A stretch of DNA of 64,000 bases from Bacteroidales bacterium (lineage in GTDB: Bacteria; Bacteroidota; Bacteroidia; Bacteroidales; VadinHA17), in NCBI GenBank assembly GCA_011620595.1, contig WOYX01000057.1:28473-92472 (forward strand). The letters run 5' to 3'. Below, in pieces: positions 1-8,958 of the stretch; the first letter of the stretch is position 1, and each line of letters begins with the position of its first letter. Position numbers and translations under genes: made by a program. Under the pieces are notes generated by a model that saw only the letters and a program-made list of their open reading frames with translations, was not told where the DNA came from and made no database searches.

Positions 1-1
1 T

Positions 2-976
2 GACTGCGGCATACTCAGGAGTCACAGCTTCGACCTGCCCGTGATCTGTATCGGCAATATCACAGTCGGCGGAACAGGAAAGACACCCCATGTCATCTGG
101 CTGGCAGAGAAACTCTCTTCCCTGGTACAGGTTGCCGTGCTCAGTCGCGGGTACCTCCGCAAAAGCCGTGGCTTCAGGGAGGTGACGCCCGGTGACACCA
201 CAACCGAAGTGGGCGACGAGCCGCTGCTGATAGTCCGCAGCCTGCCACAGGCGCGCGTCTTTGTTGACCGCGACAGGGTGCACGGCATAAGGAAGATTAT
301 GACCCAGGAGCCCCTGGCCGGTGCTGTCATCCTCGACGACGGCTACCAGCACCGGGCTGTGAAAGCCGGGATGAACATCCTCCTGACCGACTGGAACAGG
401 CTCATGATACGCGACAGGCTGCTGCCGCTGGGACGACTGCGCGAGAGCATCAGAGGCATGAGAAGAGCGGATATCATCATCGTTACGAAGGTGCCACCCG
501 AAGCCACCCCCGCTGAGATGGACGCCGTAAAGGCAGAACTGAAAGCCGAAGCAGGGCAGAGCATATATTTCACCACTCTTGCCTACGGCAACCCGGTGCC
601 GCTCTTCCCGGATACTCCACCACAAACGGTTATCGCAGAGACCTCAGTGCTGATGGTGACAGGCATCGCCAACCCTGCCCCGATGGCCAGCTACCTCTCA
701 ACACTCTGCAAAAGAGTGACACAACTTGCATTCCCTGACCATCACCGATATACCGAAAGTGACATCGCGGACATGAAATCTGCCTTCGACGCCATGGAAG
801 GTGACCGTAAAATTGTCATCACCACGGCCAAGGATGCCGTCAGGTTAAAAGAAATAGCTAATATTGCAGTTCACCTCGCCGAGGCAATATATGTATTGCC
901 GGTTAAGGTGCAATTCATTGAAAATGAAGAGGAGTTTCTAAACAAAGTATATCAATATGCTGGAAAAAATCATTAA
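2..976 (+). CDS. lpxK: tetraacyldisaccharide 4'-kinase; the 5' end lies upstream of the window
   Basis: The frame is open from base 2 (..FDLPVICIGNITVGGTGKTP). The P-loop sits where LpxK has it. Same frame as track ORF 41..976. Confidence 0.85.
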   Translation, partial: DCGILRSHSFDLPVICIGNITVGGTGKTPHVIWLAEKLSSLVQVAVLSRGYLRKSRGFREVTPGDTTTEVGDEPLLIVRSLPQARVFVDRDRVHGIRKIMTQEPLAGAVILDDGYQHRAVKAGMNILLTDWNRLMIRDRLLPLGRLRESIRGMRRADIIIVTKVPPEATPAEMDAVKAELKAEAGQSIYFTTLAYGNPVPLFPDTPPQTVIAETSVLMVTGIANPAPMASYLSTLCKRVTQLAFPDHHRYTESDIADMKSAFDAMEGDRKIVITTAKDAVRLKEIANIAVHLAEAIYVLPVKVQFIENEEEFLNKVYQYAGKNH

Positions 977-1766
977 GACAGCTGATTTCCTGAGATCAAA
1001 AGGATTTACCGACCCTGAGGCAGGTATAGTGCTGGGCACCGGCCTGGGCGGCCTCACCACAGAAATTGACAATCAGATCGAGATCCCCTATGCTGAGATA
1101 CCCGACTTCCCTGTCTCCACAGTGAAGGGTCATGACGGGAAACTGATCTTCGGCGATTTCGGAGGGAAAAAGGTTGTTGCCATGAAGGGCCGTTTCCATT
1201 ATTACGAGGGCTACGGCTCCGAACAGGTGACCTTCCCCATAAGGGTCATGAAGGTGCTGGGCATCAGGGCCCTCTTCCTCTCCAACGCCGCAGGCGGAGT
1301 CAACCCCTCGTTCCGCATCGGAGACATCATGATCATCGATGATCATATATGCCTCGTCGACAATCCTCTGATAGGACCCAATGACGATCGCATAGGGCCG
1401 CGTTTTCCCGACATGAGCGTCCCCTATGACAAACAGCTCATCGAAAAGGCCGAGGCAATAGCTGCCAGGCTGGGAATTCCGTTAACAAAAGGAGTTTACC
1501 TCTCCACCACCGGCCCTACCTTCGAGACCCCGGCAGAATACAGGTTCTTCAGGATCATCGGCGCTGACGCCGTGGGCATGTCAACGGTGCCCGAGGTGAT
1601 CACCGCCAGGCATATGAATGTGCCTGTCTTTGCCGTCAGCATCATCACTGACCTGGGTGTGGAGGGTAAGATCGAGTACACCACGCACGAGTCTGTCCGG
1701 CAGGCTGCCGAACACAGCGAGGAGAAGATGACCAGGATCATGAAGGAGCTGATAGCTGCCCTCTGA
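957..1766 (+). CDS. purine nucleoside phosphorylase (trimeric PNP/MTAP family, PunA-like)
   Basis: 269 aa. Family-typical segments VLGTGLGG, FLSNAAGG and GADAVGMSTVPEV. Overlaps the lpxK end by 20 nt. Confidence 0.85.
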   Translation: MLEKIIKTADFLRSKGFTDPEAGIVLGTGLGGLTTEIDNQIEIPYAEIPDFPVSTVKGHDGKLIFGDFGGKKVVAMKGRFHYYEGYGSEQVTFPIRVMKVLGIRALFLSNAAGGVNPSFRIGDIMIIDDHICLVDNPLIGPNDDRIGPRFPDMSVPYDKQLIEKAEAIAARLGIPLTKGVYLSTTGPTFETPAEYRFFRIIGADAVGMSTVPEVITARHMNVPVFAVSIITDLGVEGKIEYTTHESVRQAAEHSEEKMTRIMKELIAAL

Positions 1767-1852
1767 CGGGTTACCCGTTTTGCGGCGCCGGAAAATGGTA
1801 CCTTAACGGTAGTGGTCTGACCCCGTTACCTTAACAGCAGAGCTCATAAGCG

Positions 1853-3553
1853 TTACCTGTATAGCACTGCACAGACCTTCTTCCAGCGCCTCGACACCCC
1901 CGAAGAGCTTACTGATTCTGCCATAATCATATAGAGTCCTGCGGGCAGTCGTGCACCGCTGTCCGTCGTCCCGTCCCACACAAAGGTTGCCCCGGCACCT
2001 GCGGAGAACCTCTCTGCCAGCCTTCTGACACAGTACCCGCGGTCGTTGAAGACGGTCACCGATATTATGTTGTCATCTCCCCCGGGCCAGACCGACACCG
2101 ATATCACCTCCTCAAAGCCGTCGCCGTCAGGTGAGACCCTGGTGGATGAGAGCCTCAGTCCTTCGCCGGCTTCCGCAGGCTCCACCGCCACCGAGTTGGC
2201 GGCACCCGGGGTGCCCCACCCGGACGCCTCGGAGGCAGAGTGCCAGTTGGCGGCAATATCTGATGGAAGTGCCGGGAATACCTTCTCCAGGGCAATCCCC
2301 CCGGTGCCTGACAGAAACACCTGATGCATGGCACTGCTGAAACTGACCCTGTCAACAACGGTCAGCATCCGGTTATAAAGTATAAGCGTGCCGCCCTCGT
2401 CGGGCATCGAGGGAAGACGGGAAACCTCGTAAACTGCATAGGGTGATGCGCAGGGATAACCCTCAACAACAGCATCCCTGTCAACGGTGACGGCTATGTA
2501 TTCATACGGCAGCAGCTGTCGCGGCACGGCAGTGAAGGCACTCGCCGGGGCGGTTAAGCTGTTTGCCAGGTAGAGGGAGGAGAGATCGACAACAGTGTTG
2601 CTGTTATTGTACAACTCGATATAATCTGCACCCCCTGGCAGGGGATCGAACAACAGCTCGTTGAACAGTAACTCACCGGCCATCGGATCGGAGGGAATGC
2701 CGGTCCTGAGATCTCCCTGGCAGGCTGCGTTGCCGGCAAAATCAGTGACTGAGGCCGGCACTGTCAACGAGAGAATCTCTCCCTGTTGCAGCCCCTGGTC
2801 CAGCGGTACCAGCAGCAGACGGTCAGCAGGGTCACCCGATACCGCTGACAGCGTTTCCCTGCCGTCGGCCAACCACCGTTCGCCTGCATCAGCCATAACT
2901 GTCTCATCAAACAGAACCCTGACGGTATCACCCTTTTCAGTCCATACAGCCACAATCTGCGGGCAACGCAGGTCAGCGGCCAGCGTGACAGACGAGTTGG
3001 CCCTGCCTGGTGTGCCGCCCGAAGGATCAACGGAAGGACTCCATGCCGCAGGCTCATTGAACGGGTTGCCGAGGTCGGTCAGCTCCGCCGACCACCCTCC
3101 CCCTGACCGCGGCCCCTGCCCCAGGAAGGCAGGTGTATAACTGACGGCATGCAACAGTCTCCCATTACTGTCACGCAGGGCCAACACCTCCCCGTCATTG
3201 TTCAGCGAGGGGAAGGACTTTATCGCCATCACCCGTCCGTACGGCAGCAGAGCGGTCCTGCTCCCCGTGGCGCACAGTATGATGTACTCCTGCGGAGCTA
3301 TGGCCTCCGAAAGCAGGGTGACACTGTCAGGCCCGGCAATAAGAATGAGACCTCCGGTGAAGAGGGTGTCACCGGTGCGGTTGGTTATCTCCAGGTACTC
3401 CTTATCAGGCAGTTGTACCGGTGGGGAAGGGTCAGCCATTATCTCAGAGAAGACAATGGAACCGGTGACCGGGACGTCACCAATACTGCCTTGCGACTGC
3501 GCATTAACGCACAGGCATACAGGCAGTAACGACAGCAGAATAATCTTTTTCAT
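1853..3553 (-). CDS. secreted lamin-tail-domain (LTD)-like protein, function unknown
   Basis: Signal peptide MKKIILLSLLPVCLCVNAQ. Two LTD-like segments (FSEIMADPSP..KEYLEITN and LFNELLFDP..ADYIELYN). C-terminal beta-sandwich-like SPDGDGFEE region. Confidence 0.6.
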   Translation of the reverse strand: MKKIILLSLLPVCLCVNAQSQGSIGDVPVTGSIVFSEIMADPSPPVQLPDKEYLEITNRTGDTLFTGGLILIAGPDSVTLLSEAIAPQEYIILCATGSRTALLPYGRVMAIKSFPSLNNDGEVLALRDSNGRLLHAVSYTPAFLGQGPRSGGGWSAELTDLGNPFNEPAAWSPSVDPSGGTPGRANSSVTLAADLRCPQIVAVWTEKGDTVRVLFDETVMADAGERWLADGRETLSAVSGDPADRLLLVPLDQGLQQGEILSLTVPASVTDFAGNAACQGDLRTGIPSDPMAGELLFNELLFDPLPGGADYIELYNNSNTVVDLSSLYLANSLTAPASAFTAVPRQLLPYEYIAVTVDRDAVVEGYPCASPYAVYEVSRLPSMPDEGGTLILYNRMLTVVDRVSFSSAMHQVFLSGTGGIALEKVFPALPSDIAANWHSASEASGWGTPGAANSVAVEPAEAGEGLRLSSTRVSPDGDGFEEVISVSVWPGGDDNIISVTVFNDRGYCVRRLAERFSAGAGATFVWDGTTDSGARLPAGLYMIMAESVSSSGVSRRWKKVCAVLYR

Positions 3554-3574
3554 GCAGCGGGACTAAAAAAGAAT

Positions 3575-3582
3575 TAAATTTG
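3575..3582 (+). promoter_or_regulatory. -7 promoter box TAAATTTG for asd
   Basis: Matches the Bacteroidota primary-sigma -7 consensus TAnnTTTG, 51 nt upstream of ATG 3634. It overlaps the track's TTG start at 3580, which argues against that start. Confidence 0.5.
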
Positions 3583-3633
3583 TCGCACTTTTTCAAGATA
3601 AAGTTCGTAAATAATTTCGAAACAATTACAGAA

Positions 3634-4623
3634 ATGAAGGTAGCAATTGTCGGAGCCACCGGTATGGTAGGAAAAATGATGCTGAAGGTTCTCGAGGAAC
3701 GCCAGTTCCCCGTCGACACTCTCCTGGCTGTCGCCAGCGAGCGCTCTGTGGGACGGGAGATGACATTCAGGGGCAAGCCTGTGAAGGTTATAAGCATCAT
3801 GGAAGCGGTGGAGGCAAAACCTCACCTGGCACTCTTCTCCGCCGGATCGGCAGTTTCACGTGAATGGGCCCCGGCCTTTGCTGAGATCGGCACCGTAGTT
3901 ATTGACAACTCCCCGGCATGGCGGATGGATGAGAATGTCCCGCTGGTGGTTCCAGAAATAAACGCCACCGCAATAACGTCAGAGAGCAGGGTCATCGCCA
4001 ACCCGAACTGCTCTACCATCCAGATGCTCATGGCCCTGGCACCGCTGCACCATGAGTACACCGTCAGGAGGCTGGTGATCTCAACATACCAGTCGGTAAC
4101 AGGCACCGGAGTCAGAGCAGTGACGCAGCTCGACAATGAACGGCGCGGGTTGGGCGGAGAGATGGCATACCCCTACCCCATCGACCTAAACTGCCTTCCG
4201 CATTGTGATCACTTCCTCGACAACGGATATACAAAAGAGGAGGAGAAGCTTGTCAGCGAGACACGGAAGATACTGTCAGACAATAGCATACGTGTTACTG
4301 CCACGGCCGTGAGGGTACCAGTCAAGGGAGGTCACTCAGAGGCAGTGAACGTTGAGTTTGAACGTGAATTTGACCTCGACAGGGTGAGGGCACTGCTCTC
4401 AGAAGCACCGGGAGTGATCCTCTATGACAACCCTGCAGAGAACATATACCCCATGCCAATCATCGCCCATGATCGAGATGAGGTCTTCGTGGGCCGCGTC
4501 AGGCGCGACTTCTCGCAGGAGAGGACACTGAACATGTGGGTGGTGGCTGACAACATACGCAAGGGAGCTGCTACCAATGCGGTGCAGATAGCTGAGTATT
4601 TGCGCTCGTCAGGCCTGCTGTAG
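3634..4623 (+). CDS. asd: aspartate-semialdehyde dehydrogenase
   Basis: MKVAIVGATGMVG Rossmann N-terminus and active-site region IANPNCSTIQM. I chose the start at ATG 3634 rather than track start 3580. Confidence 0.9.
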   Translation: MKVAIVGATGMVGKMMLKVLEERQFPVDTLLAVASERSVGREMTFRGKPVKVISIMEAVEAKPHLALFSAGSAVSREWAPAFAEIGTVVIDNSPAWRMDENVPLVVPEINATAITSESRVIANPNCSTIQMLMALAPLHHEYTVRRLVISTYQSVTGTGVRAVTQLDNERRGLGGEMAYPYPIDLNCLPHCDHFLDNGYTKEEEKLVSETRKILSDNSIRVTATAVRVPVKGGHSEAVNVEFEREFDLDRVRALLSEAPGVILYDNPAENIYPMPIIAHDRDEVFVGRVRRDFSQERTLNMWVVADNIRKGAATNAVQIAEYLRSSGLL

Positions 4624-4630
4624 CTGCAGG

Positions 4631-5815
4631 TTAAACATCATCATAGAGAAAATCATTGTAGGGATACCGTGCTGCGTGTATCCGTCTCACATCGTCATAG
4701 AGCATCTTTCTGAGCTCATCAATATTGTCAAGGGTCTTGGCTGAGATGAATACCACCTTACGATCATTTCCGGCGGCCATCCAGCTCCTGCGCAGGTCAT
4801 CCAGGGAGAGGTTCTCCTTCTTCACCGGGGTGAGGTCATCGTCATCCTTCCTGGTGAATGAGAATATGTCGGTTTTGTTGAACACCATTATCGTGGGCTT
4901 GCCCAGCGACCCCAGCTCTCCGAGAGTGGCGTTCACCACCTCTATCTGTTCCTCAAAGCCGGGATGCGAGATATCGACCACATGCAGCAGCAGGTCGGCC
5001 TCGCGTACCTCGTCGAGTGTCGACTTGAACGACTCCACCAGGTCGTGTGGCAGCTTGCGGATGAACCCCACCGTGTCGGAGAGAAGGAAGGGCAGGTTGC
5101 CTATCACCACCTTCCGTACCGTGGTGTCAAGTGTGGCGAACAGCTTATCCTCGGCAAAAACGTCGCTCTTGCTGATACGGTTCATGAGTGTAGATTTGCC
5201 GACATTGGTATAGCCTACGAGTGCCACCCTCACCATCTTTCCGCGCCCCTTGCGCTGAGTGCTCATCTGGGTGTCAATCTTCTTAAGTTGCTCCTTAAGT
5301 TTCGCAATGCGATCGCGTATGATGCGGCGGTCGGTCTCTATCTCTGTCTCCCCCGGACCGCGAAGCCCGATACCCCCGCGCTGACGCTCGAGGTGTGTCC
5401 ACATGCCCGTCAGCCTCGGCAGCAGGTACTGGTATTGGGCCAGCTCCACCTGCTTGCGTGCGTGCGAGGTGCGGGCACGGCCGGCAAAGATGTCAAGGAT
5501 GAGGTTGGTGCGGTCAATGACACGGCAGTTGAGCTCCTTCTCGATGTTTCGCATCTGCGCCGGTGTCAGCTCGTCATCGAAGATGGCAAGGGTGATCTCA
5601 TTGGCAGCGACGAACGCCGCTATCTCTTCAGTCTTCCCCTTGTTGACAAAAGTGCGTGGGTTGGCATGCTCTACACGCTGGAGGAATGACATGACAGGCT
5701 CCGCCCCTGCCGTACGGGCAAGGAAAGCAAGCTCATCAAGGTAATCGCGCGCACTGCCCTCACTTATCTCAGGGGTGATGACCCCTATCAGTATTGCCTT
5801 TTCTATTTCCCGCAA
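4631..5815 (-). CDS. hflX: GTPase HflX
   Basis: HflX N-terminal domain plus G motifs GYTNVGKST, DTVGF and NKTD. TTG start lies 10 nt downstream of a -7 box. Confidence 0.9.
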   Translation of the reverse strand: MREIEKAILIGVITPEISEGSARDYLDELAFLARTAGAEPVMSFLQRVEHANPRTFVNKGKTEEIAAFVAANEITLAIFDDELTPAQMRNIEKELNCRVIDRTNLILDIFAGRARTSHARKQVELAQYQYLLPRLTGMWTHLERQRGGIGLRGPGETEIETDRRIIRDRIAKLKEQLKKIDTQMSTQRKGRGKMVRVALVGYTNVGKSTLMNRISKSDVFAEDKLFATLDTTVRKVVIGNLPFLLSDTVGFIRKLPHDLVESFKSTLDEVREADLLLHVVDISHPGFEEQIEVVNATLGELGSLGKPTIMVFNKTDIFSFTRKDDDDLTPVKKENLSLDDLRRSWMAAGNDRKVVFISAKTLDNIDELRKMLYDDVRRIHAARYPYNDFLYDDV

Positions 5816-5825
5816 AATTAGAAGG

Positions 5826-5833
5826 CAAAAATA
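5826..5833 (-). promoter_or_regulatory. -7 promoter box TATTTTTG for hflX
   Basis: Plus strand reads CAAAAATA, which is TATTTTTG on the minus strand. It lies 10 nt from the TTG start, implying a very short leader. Confidence 0.45.
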
Positions 5834-5908
5834 CTAATTCCGGACAAATCCGGAAAGAAAGACTTCAGTACCATGCTTCCCGTGTACGGACTATGCTGCC
5901 GTATACGA

Positions 5909-5934
5909 CTGCCGGCCGCTGATGCGGCCGGCAG
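5909..5934. terminator. GC-rich hairpin between two minus-strand genes
   Basis: CTGCCGGCCGC-tgat-GCGGCCGGCAG, an 11-bp perfect stem. It lies downstream of the 5967..7139 gene. No clear U-tract. Confidence 0.45.
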
Positions 5935-5966
5935 ATCATAATGACATTATATGACGACAGAGTGCC

Positions 5967-7139
5967 TCAGTTGATATACCTCCTGTTGGCCTCCATGAAA
6001 CCCCGTATTGCCCGTTTAAGGTTCTCGGTGCACATGATCACCATATCAAGGTCGGTGGGGAACTCGATGATCTGCGACTGCAGCATCCGTTTCTGATCCG
6101 CCGTGAGGGCATTGACATCACCTATCGCCCGTGCCGACACATGCTCGAAGTTGGAGGTTGCGCCTATGGGCTCTTTCTTGATAGTCTTTTCAGGATAGAG
6201 AGAGAGCATCTCCACATCCCCGTCGATAATGCACTCCTTGACCTGAAATGTCTGGATGAGAGCACACTGCAGATCCTTGTATTTCTTTACTTTGACATCA
6301 TTGCCCAGTGAATCCCTGAGCACGTTGCCCCTGGCATCCTTCACATACTCAAACCCGTCCTCCACGGTCGCCTTCACCAGGCTGTCGCGCTGGAACTGAC
6401 GGTCAGGACTGACGGCCACGTTCTTCAGGTTTATGTTCACCACGTAGTCAAACTGTGTGTCACTGTTGGGAATGGAAGTATGATATTCCACCCACTCGCT
6501 GTTGAGTCGCGGCAGGTCAAGGGCCAGCAGCTCCTTCTCAAATGTCTCGGGAAATTTTGTGGGAGAGTAGTTTTTGAGGGTGACATAGACCCGGCTGATG
6601 CCTAGCTGCCTGGACTCCCGCAGCATCTGGTCAATACCCTCATAGTCGCCCACATACTCCTGTGCCCTGACAAACTCATAGTATGCCTGGCGGTATGACT
6701 CCCTGGTGTTGTTCTTCATCAGCTCCTGCCCGTGGGCGTAGTAGAAGTCGGCTGCATTCTTTTTTGCAACCACCATCTCCTGCATGTAATCGACATAGGG
6801 CCACTCTATACTCCTGCCTTCATACTGGATCGGTGTTACTGTACGCACGGCAGTCTGCCTGTCGCTCATCTTCTTGTAGATGAGGTATAGCTCATCCCAT
6901 GCGTTCGCTCTGCCCTCGATCTTGAGCAACCGGATGCGCTCCTTATCCTGTTCAAGGGCGATATTCATGGCCCGCTCAAGGGCCTCGATATCCTTTGAGC
7001 TTTGGGGGTTTTTCCTCAGTTCGGTTACAGCCTTGTTAATGGCTGCGTCATAATTGCCGAGCTCGAGCTGCTTCTTTGATGAGCCGCAGCCTGCCAGCAG
7101 GAGGGCTGATACAAACATGATTGCGAAAGTCCTTTTCAT
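5967..7139 (-). CDS. lipoprotein of unknown function
   Basis: 390 aa. Lipobox in MKRTFAIMFVSALLLAGCGSS. I recognise no catalytic motif. Confidence 0.6.
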   Translation of the reverse strand: MKRTFAIMFVSALLLAGCGSSKKQLELGNYDAAINKAVTELRKNPQSSKDIEALERAMNIALEQDKERIRLLKIEGRANAWDELYLIYKKMSDRQTAVRTVTPIQYEGRSIEWPYVDYMQEMVVAKKNAADFYYAHGQELMKNNTRESYRQAYYEFVRAQEYVGDYEGIDQMLRESRQLGISRVYVTLKNYSPTKFPETFEKELLALDLPRLNSEWVEYHTSIPNSDTQFDYVVNINLKNVAVSPDRQFQRDSLVKATVEDGFEYVKDARGNVLRDSLGNDVKVKKYKDLQCALIQTFQVKECIIDGDVEMLSLYPEKTIKKEPIGATSNFEHVSARAIGDVNALTADQKRMLQSQIIEFPTDLDMVIMCTENLKRAIRGFMEANRRYIN

Positions 7140-7249
7140 CAGAATATGTACTAATTATTAAGGTCTGATGGAACCCATATGTTTTATGAAATTATTAACC
7201 TCCATGTATGCGTGTAAGTAACATATGGATTTCAAAAGTCTATAATTAA

Positions 7250-7276
7250 AACCCCGCTATCCAAAGGTGCGGGGTT
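7250..7276 (-). terminator. probable intrinsic terminator after tonB
   Basis: Stem AACCCCGC/GCGGGGTT just downstream (minus strand) of the tonB stop at 7302, followed on the minus strand by TTAATTATA. Confidence 0.45.
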
Positions 7277-7301
7277 CATATTTAACGTTATAAAAGGCTG
7301 T

Positions 7302-7988
7302 TTATTGCAGCTGGAAGATGATGGGTATTGAGTATCTCACCCTCACAGGTCTGCCCCGCTGCATGCCCGGCTCCCACTTGGGGGAGGATGCCACTGCTTC
7401 TTTGGCGGCGTCATCGAGCAGCGGGTCAACGCTGCGGGTGACAGTCACGTTACTTACATTGCCGTTTGGCTCAACCACAAAGGAGATGAACACCCTTCCC
7501 TGGATGCCGTTCTCGGCGGCCAGCTCGGGATAGCGTACCCGTTTTTGCACCCACTCGCGGAACTTGTTGATATCACCACCCCTGAACCTGGGCATGTCTT
7601 CCACGATAACGAATATCTCATCTTCTGTCTCTTCTTCCTCTGCCTGCAGCACCGGAGCGTAGATCTCCACTACCTTGTCTTCCGATGTCTCGTCGTCTTC
7701 GAAGCGCACCTCGTTTTCTATCACCACGTCGTCTTCCACGATCTCAAAGAGGTCGGTGACGGTCACCTCCGGGGGAGGCATCTCCTCAGGGGGTATCTCT
7801 TCGGTAACGGGTATCTGTTCCTCCTCGATTGCTTCCTCAGTCATGCCGTCAAAGATCGAGTCCCTTTTCTGTCCGCTGGTCCATTCGAGGGCCACTATAC
7901 ATATGATCAGGGCAATGATAAGGCCAATCTGCAGAAACAGCGACTTCTTGTTTTCCAGGTTTGCCTTTTCGTTTTTCTTGAGTTCCAT
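7302..7988 (-). CDS. tonB: energy transducer TonB
   Basis: N-terminal TM helix, Glu/Pro-rich linker, and a C-terminal TonB domain (GIQGRVFISFVVEPNGNVSNVTV..RVRYSIPIIFQLQ). Start moved to ATG 7988 because the -7 box at 8011..8018 abuts the track start at 8009. Confidence 0.8.
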   Translation of the reverse strand: MELKKNEKANLENKKSLFLQIGLIIALIICIVALEWTSGQKRDSIFDGMTEEAIEEEQIPVTEEIPPEEMPPPEVTVTDLFEIVEDDVVIENEVRFEDDETSEDKVVEIYAPVLQAEEEETEDEIFVIVEDMPRFRGGDINKFREWVQKRVRYPELAAENGIQGRVFISFVVEPNGNVSNVTVTRSVDPLLDDAAKEAVASSPKWEPGMQRGRPVRVRYSIPIIFQLQ

Positions 7989-8010
7989 GTCAATGATGTT
8001 TGTAGGCACC

Positions 8011-8018
8011 TCAAAGTT
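8011..8018 (-). promoter_or_regulatory. -7 promoter box TAACTTTG for tonB
   Basis: Plus strand reads CAAAGTTA. It lies 22 nt from ATG 7988. Confidence 0.5.
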
Positions 8019-8075
8019 ACAAAATTGTTTGTCAACTACGACGCAATGGCATAAAGTGATTTGGAAAAAAAGTTC

Positions 8076-8083
8076 TATATTTG
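8076..8083 (+). promoter_or_regulatory. -7 promoter box TATATTTG for tRNA-Ala
   Basis: TAnnTTTG match with a TTTG at 8060..8063 upstream. It lies 55 nt before the tRNA. Confidence 0.45.
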
Positions 8084-8138
8084 CACCGCTCCGGGGATAT
8101 GGGCTATAATGCTCTTCCGGGGAGGTTCATAAAATTAC

Positions 8139-8212
8139 GGGGATATAGCTCAGTTGGCTAGAGCGTGTGACTGGCAGTCACAAGGTCAGGGGTTCGATTC
8201 CCCTTATCTCCA
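8139..8212 (+). tRNA. tRNA-Ala (anticodon GGC)
   Basis: Hand-folded cloverleaf: acceptor GGGGATA/TATCTCC with the G3:U70 alanine identity pair, anticodon loop CTGGCAG, T-loop TTCGATT. CCA is not encoded. Confidence 0.9.
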
Positions 8213-8247
8213 CAAGTATCTCATTTTCAGCGTGTTATATACAAAAC

Positions 8248-8287
8248 GAAACCTTTAAGCACTTGATTTACAGGTTTCTATTTTTTT
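8248..8287 (+). terminator. possible terminator after tRNA-Ala
   Basis: GAAACCT..AGGTTTC 7-bp stem followed by TATTTTTTT. The 17-nt loop weakens the call. Confidence 0.3.
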
Positions 8288-8464
8288 CCCTGTTTCTTAT
8301 CTCTTTTTATCTGCAGGCTTTAACTCCATCCCAAATTGCATAAAAGTTCCGAAAAGATCATGATCTTCCCACTGTTCAACAACTTTACCGTTTTCAATTC
8401 GCAATATGAAAATCACACCTGATCCAAACTTGTTACCTGAGGGCGGGGCACCAGACCATTCTTC

Positions 8465-8496
8465 CTGTAGTGCACCCGAGCTGTAGTGCACCCGAG
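8465..8496. repeat. exact 2 x 16-bp tandem duplication (CTGTAGTGCACCCGAG)
   Basis: Read directly: 8465..8480 equals 8481..8496. Each copy encodes SGALQ, one in the upstream frame and one in the downstream frame. Confidence 0.95.
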
Positions 8497-8689
8497 GCAG
8501 TAAACCTTGCTGCGACCATATTCCCTTCTGCAATCATTTCTTCAATTCTCCACCGGATGTCAGGGACAGCATTCCAATTGATCTTTGTGGCTCTAATGTC
8601 ATCTTCACGTGTTGTTGGATTTGGACTTGCTGAAGGAAAATAATACTTACAGTCAGGAGCATATAATTCTATATAAGGGGTGTCTCTAT

Positions 8690-8721
8690 GATTTAAGCCA
8701 TCCAGGATTTAAGCCATCCAG
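8690..8721. repeat. exact 2 x 16-bp tandem duplication (GATTTAAGCCATCCAG)
   Basis: Read directly: 8690..8705 equals 8706..8721. Each copy encodes LDGLN, one in the upstream frame and one in the downstream frame. Confidence 0.95.
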
Positions 8722-8915
8722 TATTTTCTGAGCAATTGCCTTACTTTGTGTTTCAATATTTATCCGGGCTAAAATTCATCCAGTTGTGCCTTAGATTCTT
8801 TGTTCTGCGCACAGCCTCATATTATCATAACAATAACCATACTAAACTAAAAGAACTGTCCTTTTCATAATTACATGTTTTAGTGGTTAATGAAAGGAAT
8901 TAATGATCTGTCTAT

Positions 8916-8923
8916 CAAAGTTA
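8916..8923 (-). promoter_or_regulatory. -7 promoter box TAACTTTG retained upstream of the SnoaL-like pseudogene
   Basis: Plus strand reads CAAAGTTA. It lies 47 nt from the remnant ATG at 8868. Confidence 0.4.
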
Positions 8924-8958
8924 CGACAGGGATAAACCAAGGTAAATAAAAGTTTTAA

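Larger units (their letters stand above)
8297..8868 (-). pseudogene. SnoaL-like / ester-cyclase-like lipoprotein gene, disrupted by several frameshifts
   Basis: Minus-strand pieces MKRTVLLV*, ..GCAQNKESKAQLDEF*, ..QKILDGLN.., ..HRDTPYIELYAPDCKYYF..IEEMIAEGNMVAARFTASGALQ.. and ..EEWSGAPPSGNKF..RIENGKVVEQWEDHDLFG.. lie in different frames. Two of the shifts are exact 16-bp tandem duplications. Confidence 0.7.

Noticed and set aside
2046-3566. Several 60-160-aa plus-strand ORFs inside the LTD-protein gene
   Set aside because: They are Pro/Ser/Arg-rich shadow frames. The 566-aa minus-strand ORF has a signal peptide and domain logic.
3580-3633. Longer N-terminal extensions offered by the ORF track (asd 3580, tonB 8009, glucosaminidase 10047, orphan protein 28108, rpsB 40982, DUF2892 42885, radical SAM 48760, T9SS protein 16947)
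   Set aside because: Several extensions (asd 3580, tonB 8009, glucosaminidase 10047, orphan 28108) overlap or abut the predicted -7 box. Some (asd 3580, radical SAM 48760, T9SS 16947) use a TTG start. The rest (rpsB 40982, DUF2892 42885) only add non-conserved residues ahead of a canonical ATG and family-typical N-terminus.
4964-5689. 241-aa plus-strand ORF (and 4725..5213, 5403..5744) antisense to hflX
   Set aside because: These are shadow ORFs inside a well-supported gene. Their translations are low-complexity (Leu/Arg/Ala-rich) with no recognisable motif, as is typical of antisense frames in moderately GC-rich coding DNA.
7600-7830. Glu/Pro-rich low-complexity stretch flagged as a possible repeat element
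   Set aside because: It is the normal acidic/proline-rich periplasm-spanning linker of TonB.
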